Assembly (NCBI RefSeq): GCF_963676685.1 | Contig: NC_092353.1 | Coordinates: forward strand, 39,804,001-39,868,000 | From: Mytilus edulis | Lineage: Eukaryota | Direction: 5' to 3' | DNA length: 64,000 nt | Part shown: piece by piece, positions 53,901 through 64,000 of the stretch | Numbering within the stretch: the stretch's first letter is position 1 | Layout: each line of letters begins with the position of its first letter | Translations under genes and position numbers: made by a program | Notes under the pieces: generated by a model | Told to the model about the DNA's origin: nothing | Database searches by the model: none | The model's input: the letters and a program-made list of their open reading frames with translations, nothing else

Positions 53901-56515
53901 CTGAGCTTTTTAATGTAGTATTGCATGCAGGGATTATCCCAGGTATAGATAACCTGATCCGTATTTGGCACAACTTTTTGGAATTTTTGGTCATAAATGC
54001 TCTGCAACTTAGCACTTGTTTGTCTTTATAACTATGTTGATCTGAGCGTCCATGATAAGTCTTATGTAGACAAAACGCGCGTCTGGCGTATTAATTATTA
54101 GCCTGGTACTTAATTATTTCTTAAACTTGGAGAGCAGGACGATAACATCACAATGGACTTGAGGTTGTTGAAGACTTTTCTTATTTATGTGTTATCTTTA
54201 GGTATAGCGTTACTGTTTAAAATACAAAAACAAACTTATTGACTAAGCGCAAAAATCGATGGATTTTATATATCGAATGGTAAGAAACGAAAACATTACA
54301 ATAAGTTTGCAACTTAAATTTTTTGATTCTTTGATACACTCAATTCTTTATGGTTTTGAGGTTAGATTTTGAGCATTTGAAAATAATTCAACAGATGCAT
54401 TTGAGATTTTCCAAAAGAATTAGAAAAATTAGAAAAACTTAACCTAAATTTGTGGTGTATGAAAAATTGGGAAAATTTCCTTTGCCAATCGATTTAGGTA
54501 TAGACTGATTGCAACGGTATACTACTGTTGCCTTCATTTATTAATACCACCTGACCGAAATCTCTGCTGGTAGACAATCTGTCCCCGAGGATTCTACAAG
54601 TCCATTAGCCTAACAGCATGAAAAATAGTAGAATATAAAATAAGGTTGTAAACAGGATTTGTTTTCTCTCTATCGATTTATGACTTTTGACAGCGGTATA
54701 CTACTGTTGCTTTCATCTATACCGGTGTAAAGTATTGAAAAAAGCAATGAACTCCGTAGAGTTAAGTACAGGCTGCTGCTTGAATAAACAAAATCACTGT
54801 TATTATGTTTCAAAATTCAAAACACTGGGTTAGGATATCTTTTCACGAACCAGATTGCCTTTTGTGATAACAAAAAAAGATCAATATTGAGTGATCAGTT
54901 TTTACCTAATGGTTTGGCGATATAGCATATTCATCTCGAGGACAATAGAATATTTGAAGGAAAACAAATGGATCAGACTATCTGAACAGACATTCTAATT
55001 CATCATTGATTCCAGGATTGAAATTTTGCATTTGTGTCAGATGCGCGATTAGTCTACAAAAGACTCATCAGTGACGCTCGAATAAAAAAAAGAAGAAAGG
55101 CTGTTAACAAGGACATTGAGCTGATGTTTTCCAATCGAGACGGGATTCTGACAAAATGTACATAGACCACGAAAAATACCAGCATGATTCTATTGGTAAT
55201 TATAGGAACAATATCTACCCAGATATTGTACTATTAATCCACAATACATCAATTGTCCATACTAGTATGTAATTCGTAAGTCTATACATACGGCTTTAAT
55301 TTTATAAAGAAAAATGCTTATTTATTCTAAAATATCTACAAATTTATTTCTATCCGTTTAAAAGTACAGCATGCATAATGCCTATTTTTATTGTTTGATT
55401 GTTATACTTTGACCTCAAGCATTTATGTGTGCGCGTTATCAATAAATCTTGAAAATTTTATTAACCAATTCATAATATTTACATTAGTTATGCTGGAAGC
55501 CCAAAATGTTAAAGAGCAGATTCAACAACTGCAAAGATATTCATAATTAGGCATGATGCAGTAAAAACATTTCCTTTCTCTGGATTTCATATAGTATGCA
55601 TAGGTGACATTGCTATAATTTCTTGCATCTTAACAAAAAAGAGGGGGAGGAGTATTATCAAAATTGTAAAGGCATTGTTCTTAAAAAGTATAGACGAACC
55701 AGTTATCTGTTTAATGTCATTGTGAAAATGCATGAAACTATCAAACAGCGTCAGGACTATACGGCACGGGCATTACCCGTTGTCGAAGGCCGTACTGTGA
55801 CCTGTAGTTGTTACTTTCTGTGTCATTTGGTCTCTTCTGAATAGTTGTCTCATTGACAATCATACCATATCTTCCCTTTTATAACCACACTGCTGTAAGA
55901 CATGGTGGACTGCATAAAACATACAATGACATGAAAGCACATGCCAACATAAGCCATGAAGCGATAAAAAAACATTTCTGAAACTTTGTGATCACAGTTC
56001 TCTAAAGAAAAACGTTCTTTGCTTTTAATTATTGTTCTTTATTATTCAATAAATTTCAAATGTATATTCTGTTTTACTTAAATTTATTTTATAAGTTATG
56101 TACAAGTTAAAACTATTTTAAGCAATATTTAGTACATGTTATAGCATGACGAAAATTGTCATCCACCCCACGTGTTATCAGTTCTTGCTATTATTCGTCA
56201 AACTGATAGCCGACAATAAATCACTAAATTCAAACTATAAACTGTGTTAAGCAGTAATTTAAAGTATCTCCAGCTTTTGTCCAGAGTCTATAAATTTCAA
56301 TTTTAAGTGTTTATATGTGACTAAGAAATACACAAGTGTCATGCACAACGTGCAAGTTTCATTTTACACCATGTATAAAAAGCTAAATATTTCAAAGTTT
56401 GTCACTAATCGGACATCTAGGAAAAAGTACTTGTATTTACACTGATTGTAGCTGGTATGTTTTTGATAGAACTTGTTTAATCTATTGTTTCTTTATTCAT
56501 TCATTCTAGTCTATT

Positions 56516-57055
56516 GATGAAATCTATTCATATGATGAAATCATAATCTTTCAGTCAGTTTAATTGAAGTCTGGAGCTGTCATGTCAGTTAACTGCTAGT
56601 AGTCTGTTGTTATTTATGTATTATTGTCATTTTGTTTATTTTTCTTTGGTTACATCTTCTGACATCAGACTCGGACTTCTCTTGAACTGAATTTTAATGT
56701 GCGTATTGTTATGCGTTTACTTTTCTACATTGGCTAGAGGTATAGGGGGAGGGTTGAGATCTCACAAACATGTTTAACCCCGCCGCATTTTTGCGCCTGT
56801 CTCAAGTCAGGAGCCTCTGGCCTTTGTTAGTCTTGTATTATTTTAATTTTAGTTTCTTGTGTACAATTTGGAAATTAGTATGGCGTTCATTATCACTGAA
56901 CTAGTATATATTTGTTTAGGGGTCAGCTGAAGGACGCCTCCGGGTGAGGAAATTTGTCGCTACATTGAAGACCTGTTGCTGACCTTCTGCTGTTGTTTTT
57001 TTCTATGGTCGGGTTGTTGTCTGTTTGGCACATTCCCCATTTCCATTCTCAATTT
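56516..57055. mobile_element. Same ~540-bp dispersed repeat in intron 1 of copy 4
   Basis: Same site and near-identical sequence to 31898-32435. Confidence 0.75.
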
Positions 57056-58419
57056 TATTACATTTGTTTTGGTGCTTCATATATATGTTTGTTTATGTTA
57101 CCCGAATATATTCAAAAAGCTCTAAAATTAGGTCATTTCATTCATTGATATGAAAATGTTTGATGGTATTTATACATTTATAAAATAGACAGATTACATA
57201 AAGGATGTGTGATTTTGCCTTATGACGTATAATAATCATATAATGTGGGCTAAAATGAGAACAAGGCCACTTGTTGGTGTATTTGTATGTGATATGGTGC
57301 ATATATAATTAATTTGTCTAACGTTGTTTAAAGTTATCCTGTTAACTCTACAAGCTACTTTTGGAATCAAGTATTATTCTAATAAAATAAATTATAAATA
57401 TTATTAATTTTACAAAAATGAGCAACAAACTGTAAATTATCATTGCGCGTTGTGACTTTTTGATTTGTTGTACATAATTTATCGCATTTCTTACTTTTTA
57501 TTTATTATTACAGCCTCTGCTGTTGACATATGGCAACCAGCGAAAGAACTCATAGAAAGTGAAGAAAGGGGAGACAAATGGCCGGTAAGCTTTCTTGTTT
57601 GTAAATAACTGGGTATAATTTTGAGGACAGTTGTTTCGTTGACAATCATGCAACACCTCCTATTTTTTTTATTAAGAGATAGAGACAATTTTCCCTGTAT
57701 TTGGTTCAATCCCAGGGTCGAAGTCTAAAAAAGGTGTCACATTCTTTACTGTTCATATAGTATTAAATTATAAACAGTCATTTCGGGGCCTTTTATAGCT
57801 GACTATGCGGTATGGGCTTTGTAAATTGTTCAAAGTCGTACGGTGACCTATATATACCAGTAGTAGTTAATATCTGTGTCATTTGGTCCCAAATTTTGTA
57901 TCGGAGGACATCGCTTTTTATAAGTACAGATTGTTGGTTTTACTCAACGGTGTCATAACACTTGTGTTAGGATAAGTCACAAAATGTGCCAACATTTCTG
58001 TCAAACTCATAATTTTCATCTGTCGTTAGGCGTTTTTAGTTTGGTGATATATCTAACAGTAAAAATTGAAAGTCTTTTGGAAAATTGATCCTGATGTGGA
58101 AAAAACCTAGGAATAATTGGTATTTCTCTTCGCAACTGTTGGATGGGGTTTACAAATTGGTTTTAAAAAGGACAAAAACAAATAAAAATAGGCCCAAAAT
58201 CAAGAATAGAGAATAATGGGGTGCTAAAACATAACGAAATAATTATAATGAGCAAACATAGAAAAGATGGATTAAAATGACCTTAAGAATGAGAAAGAAT
58301 TTGGCACATAAAGCCGCACTTTATTATGTCTTGACAGAAAGGAATAGTATGTGTATTCACATGTTGACAACCCTCCGATTGTTCCGACAACTAATGTATA
58401 AATAGATATTCTTATTACA

Positions 58420-58620
58420 TAATTTTTGAAATGTTATTATTAGTATTATAAATTTTGATATTTTATCATTATTATTACAAATTTTGATATTTTATCATTA
58501 TTATTACAAATTTTGATATTTTATCATTATTATTACAAATTTTGATATCTTATTGTTATGATAAATTTTCATATTGTATTATTATCATCATAAATTTTGA
58601 TATTTTATTATTATTATCAT
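58420..58620 (+). repeat. AT-rich ~29-bp tandem repeat in intron 2 (also about 21130-21250 and 34730-34910)
   Basis: Unit tattattacaaattttgatattttatcat; a single copy lies just upstream of the exon 3 acceptor in copy 1 (about 8745-8772). Confidence 0.75.
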
Positions 58621-60482
58621 AAAAAAAGGACCTTAGAAATGTGAAGGAATTTGGCACATAATTCTGCACTTTATTATATCCGGACAGAAAGGCATACATA
58701 GTATGTGTATTCACATCTTGACAACCCTCCGAATGTTCCTACAACTAATGCATAAATAGTTATAATTATTATTCTAGGTCGATGACGTTAAAGGGAAAAT
58801 CGTCGGTGGTGAAGATACAACAATTTCCCAGCACCCTCATCAAGTGTCCCTACAAAGAAGTAATAGCCATATTTGTGGAGGTGCCATTGTGAATGCTGAC
58901 TGGATTGTAACGGCTGCACATTGTGTCGACAGTTCTAGACCGTAAGTGTATAGATATATTGTGATAACACGAAAATTCTGAACCTTAATGCCCACATCAA
59001 TATCTACTAATATATCATTAAAGTAATGAATAACTTAACATTGAATGACTGCAAGGCGGGTGGATGGTCAATTGCATTTTTTTCAGAAAAAAAGTAACAT
59101 CTCTATATCTGATTTAGCGCTTTCATTTTCAACATATTTCTGAGTATCGGTTTACACTAAATCTTTCTTGACATTTTTTCAAAACCGTTTCCAAACGGAT
59201 TATATTTGGGTTTTTCGGTCTCCATGTCTTTTATTTTATTTTGTTTTTTTTGACATTGTTTTACAAGTAAATAAAAATCGATATTCAAGCCATGTTTTGT
59301 GGCGTTTTGCGAAGATAAAAAACTAATATACTAGTACAGCACAGCAAATGGATTATTTTGTGTTTAACGCCACATTGACACCATTGGCTATTTTTGGCGG
59401 TCAGTTTTTCATGATTGGTCGATTCCGGAGTGGTTTGAGGTAACCACCGATCAACACAACAGGCTTTAAGGTTAATTTAGTGATAAGAAAGATGAAAATA
59501 TGAAGTCAATTTGGAATTTATAGTGTCAAACCTTCTGAAGTAACCACTTGTATTTAGTAAAACCTTTGTTATAAGACTATTAGTTGTAGGTCCCTTTGTA
59601 GTGTGTTTCATATAGTTTGAACGTGTCAAAGACCACCAGTCATATGAAACCACATTTTCTCTCCCTTATTGCTGATGGATAATAAAACACATATTTTTTT
59701 TCTTCTCTGTATTCATACAGGACTACAGGATACGAGCAGGATCTTCAGCTCATGCTAGTGGTGGGACTACGAGAAGTATAGAGCTCATCGTATCGGTAAT
59801 ATTCTGATCATTTATTCCTATAATGATTCAGGGTAATATATGTGTTTGTCTAGTATCGACAAAACAACACATCAACCCGAAACACAGTTGTGTATCATTA
59901 GTTACACTGTGATTTTATGGCATTATACGAAACCATGCCTACATGGCCTCCCTTTGAAATATACACGGTCTCCACACGGTTGACTTTATCCAAATATATT
60001 CATATAATTTATAGGCTATTTTATTGAGAGATTGGACAGATCAAGCTAATGTTAAATATAAATCACCACCATTACATTAAATTTTTAGAGTCGACAATAA
60101 TGTTTATAGTTTTGATCAAATACATAAAAGTATCAAAATAGAAGTAAACTTTAAGACTTTTCAGTACCAAAAATGAAGAAGTAAGGAAGCTAGTTTTGCC
60201 CATACAAGCAGTATATATAAACGATACGCACTACAGTGAATCTGGTCAACCTTTAAAAACGGGTTTCTGGTAAATAAATTATCCAACATTGACAAAATGA
60301 CTAATAACCGGATTTCCTCATTTATTACGTGTTAGGCATCACAGGAGCATAAACATAAACATGTAGAAATACCGATATGTCATGATGGACTAATTAGAAT
60401 TGGGTCCGAATATAATCATTGGGCTAAAGCTAATAAGTAAATAAATAATAATATGTAAATGTTCATTAAAATACTGTTATAT

Positions 60483-60568
60483 TTGAATTGAGCGTCACTG
60501 ATGAGTCTTATGTAGAAGAAACGCGCGTCAGGCGTACTAAATTATAATCCTGGTACCTTTGATAACTA
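60483..60568 (+). mobile_element. Same hammerhead-bearing short insertion in intron 4 of copy 4
   Basis: Same site as, and near-identical to, 23316-23401. Confidence 0.7.
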
Positions 60569-60999
60569 TTATATGTCAGGTGAAATTAATGTCATACAGA
60601 TATACCAATGTCGAAGAAAGTAATCCTACTGGCTCTTGCGGTAACAAAACATTCCTTTGTAATATATTCACAAGATATTTGATTTGAAAAACAAATCGTA
60701 GTACAAACATTTAAAAAATAATCTGAATTTTTTTTTACTGAAAACCCATAAAATTTTGTATATAACAAGCATCATTACATTGCATTTTGGAATTGTGAAA
60801 AGAGCGAAATGTAACCCTTTTAAAAACCCTTTTTTGTTAGCACGAAAATTACAACTCAGGAGCTGGAACATTTCCAAATGACATTGCACTGATGAAAATG
60901 TCATCCAGTTTGTCATTAACTGGAAGTATTTCAGCCATTACCTTGGCAACAGGAAGTCCTGACGAGTTTGCTGGCCAGACATGTGAAATCACTGGATGG

Positions 61000-61505
61000 G
61001 GCAGAACTTGTGGAACATGTAAGTACATAACTAAAACAAAGTCTTGCAGAACTTGTGGAACATGTCAGTACGTTACCGAACCTAGTATGGCAGAACTTGT
61101 GGAACCTGTAATCAAATAACTAAAACAAAGTCTTGCAAAACTTGTGGAACATGTAAGTACATTACTAAAACAAAGTCTGGCAGAACTTGTGGAACATGTA
61201 AATGCATTACTAAAACAAAGTCTGGCAGAACTTGTGGAACATGTAAGTACATAACTAAAACAAAGTCTGGCAGAATTTGTTCGAACATGTAAATACATTA
61301 CTAAAACAAAGTCTGGCAGAACTTGTGGAACATGTACGTACATAACTAAAACAAAGTCTGGCAGAATTTGTGGAACATGTAAATACATTACTAAAACAAA
61401 GTCTGGCAGAACTTGTGGAACATGTAAGTACATAACTAAAACAAAGTCTGGCAGAATTTGTGGAACATGTACGTACATTTCGAAAACAAAGTCTGGCAGA
61501 ACTGG
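61000..61505 (+). repeat. 45-bp splice-junction minisatellite (copy 4; 11 units)
   Basis: Same unit with the copy-2-type variant order; one 44-bp and one 46-bp unit. Confidence 0.95.
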
Positions 61506-62084
61506 TGGGGTTTCTTAGAAAGGAGCCACATGCTCCTAGGGAATATTCTTTAAATATATATCATAAAATTGATTGAATAATGCCAATTTTGAGACAGCTG
61601 TGGAACTCATCTGTATGACCAATCCATGATAATGAATCTCTAGTACGCCTATTGTATGAAATTGTCAATTTTTATTTTCCAGGCGGTTTACCCACTAATT
61701 TAAAAGCATTAAGCATGCAAGTGCTAAGAAACAGTGAGTGTAAAAACTATTGGACTGGCAACAACATACTTGACGGCCATATTTGTATATTCCAAGGAAC
61801 TGGTTACGGTGCTTGCAATGTAAGTGATGCACATTCTTACATGAGTACTGATTAAGTTTCTGTATAAAGCTTAATATATATATGTTTTACAGCTTTTTCA
61901 TATTTGCTATGTGGATTAAATTGTTTCTTTACTGATAAAGTGTTCGCATGAAAGTTATCTGCTTTGACATTTATCAATATTTAACGTGTTTAATAAAAGA
62001 AACGCTTCGTGAGAAAATATTTAAGATATCAAGAGATGAACATTAGACATAAGACATGTGTGTTCAGTATGTGTAGATGTTATA

Positions 62085-62615
62085 AGTAAGAAATAATTCA
62101 TGGGGGCTTGAATATATCGTGATTTTACCACGGGTTGGCCCTTTATGACAAATACTTTACCCTCAGCGATTCAAATAGGACAGATACGGCTATTGTTTTG
62201 GATCGAAGCGCTCTAAATGAAGGCATTATTTGCCGTTCCCATAAATAAACGGAATATTAAATTGACGTAAAAAAACGGAACAAACTGAAAAAATGACATG
62301 CTTAAACTATTTACCATAAATTATTTAGATAAGTTTGGATTATTCTAAATGACAATTGTACTTTTATGTCTTATAAGTATACAAAAATGGCTTATATAAC
62401 ACATTTCAGCATTGTTTGTTTACGTTTCCTTGTTTGTGATGATTTTCGGTTTCACAAGCATGTATTTTCCCGCAAAACGCTTATATTCAGACGTCGGTTA
62501 GCTCATTCATAAAAAAGCATATGACGTGGGGGTACGATCGGAACAGCCCAAATAATATCTTCATATTTTACAACGGGTGTGCACTCAAAGCGTTTGAAGG
62601 ACGTCATGTTAGAAT
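62085..62615. mobile_element. Unclassified insertion in intron 6 of copy 4 (internally deleted version at about 25009-25313 in copy 2)
   Basis: Absent at the equivalent position in copies 1 and 3 (gatgttatattattttttat); no TIR or clear TSD seen. Confidence 0.5.
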
Positions 62616-64000
62616 ATTTTTATATAATGTTTTTTCATTTGCCAGTAATCTTTATAAATACATCTATACCCTTTAACACCTCCGTTATATTATATCACCT
62701 TTATTTATCATTAGGGAGACAGTGGAGGACCAATGGTTTGTTCAGGTCAACTGGCTGGCGTCACATCCTGGGGCGCGAGTGGATGTCCAGGAAGTCGTCC
62801 AAGCGTTTACACTCGAATTGGTGTGTACAAAAGCTGGATGGACTTCGTGATGGCTTCAAATTCCTAATTATAATGTCCGAATAAACAATGCAGTATACTT
62901 GTTTTTATCTTTTTTTGTTTTAAATGTATGCAAGCCAACCCTTTGATTGATTTATTGGTCCACATTTCACGTACACGGGACTGGTGGCTACGTGGAAAGA
63001 GCCAAACAAGATGATTTATCATTGATAGCGTCACAGATAGTAACATCTCACGTTCTCTACAATTTAGAATTGTTTCAATGTTTTCCCTCAAACTTTCATA
63101 ATTAAAATTGTGGTTACTAAAGTAACCCGTAATATTATGATATCAAAAATTGTCATTATTCCAAATTTTATCATTGTTTGGATAAAATTGAAATACACTA
63201 GCTTCATGGAAAAATTGATAGTTTATTCGAATGCGTCTTCAAAACACAATTAATCGATTTACCGTATTACTACCGTAAAAGCAGCTTTTTAACTAATTAA
63301 ATTGGTGTAGGCGATGAACTGTCTAAGGAAAAATCTTGCTTATGTTTGGTATAAAAAGGTCTAGTAGTTATATATCTGGTAAAGGCATGATAATTCAATT
63401 GTCCTGCCATTCCAAGAACTATCTTCATATATTGGTTACGAAATATGGCAGGGATCAATATTAAGAATCGAATAATAAACACAGAATAATCCTGCAATTC
63501 TATGAGAAAATATCTCTATCAAATTTAGGAATTATCTGTCAACAAGTGAATTTTCATAACACCAAGCTATAAGCAGATAAGAAGATTTGCCACATTTAAT
63601 ATTAATATGTTGTGTACAAAAAATGCATGTTCGACTGGATGAACGTTTTGGGTAAATATAACGATTAGCTGTACGCAGAGTTTGTATCAAGTGGAAAAAT
63701 GAGTAATTCCAAAGTCTTCAACAATAGACCGACACAATCTATACAATATGTCGAGCTCCAAATAGTCCCGAGTGCATACGAGCACAAACACTTAAAAAAA
63801 GCCAATCAACAATCATTTATAAATATAAGTGTTGTTTTCCCGTTTCTACACAGAACTTCCTCGATGTATTCATTTCAAAGCAGGGACACTTTCAAAACGT
63901 CTTTCAATTATTACTTAAATCAGAGAAATCTTCAATAAAACATATGGTAGCAATACACAGTTACAAGTTTAGTTTTTTTGGTCATGGCGATTTTGTTTTG

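Larger units (their letters stand above)
56428..62867 (+). pseudogene. S1A serine protease, copy 4, pseudogene
   Basis: A 17-bp deletion (aaagatgggagtcttag) after 56427 removes the ATG, and the exon 4 acceptor is CAG>CAT at 59714-59716. Exons otherwise recognisable: 56428-56454, 57514-57584, 58778-58941, 59717-59795, 60841-61018, 61683-61819, 62715-62867. Confidence 0.88.

Overview
Eukaryotic, AT-rich genomic DNA. The dispersed repeats resemble those of mytilid bivalves (inferred from recall, not from a search). The window is mostly a head-to-tail array of four 7-exon S1A serine protease genes on the + strand, with a basic unit of about 12 kb. Each encodes a 273-aa secreted zymogen with Gly189, similar to molluscan chymotrypsin-like and annelid fibrinolytic proteases. 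Copies 1 and 2 look intact. Copy 3 has intact exons but a mutated TATA box, a Penelope-like RT insertion, an antisense L1/Tx1-type LINE, a TTAA-flanked MITE and a near-identical 2773-bp triplication of exons 4-5. Copy 4 is a pseudogene (start codon deleted, exon 4 acceptor lost). The most unusual structure is a 45-bp minisatellite made from the exon 5/intron 5 junction itself, giving 11-14 tandem 5' splice-site copies per array. Productive read-through is blocked after 1-2 units in every copy. Other notable points are hammerhead-ribozyme motifs in sense orientation inside introns and a four-way mosaic relationship among the paralogs.
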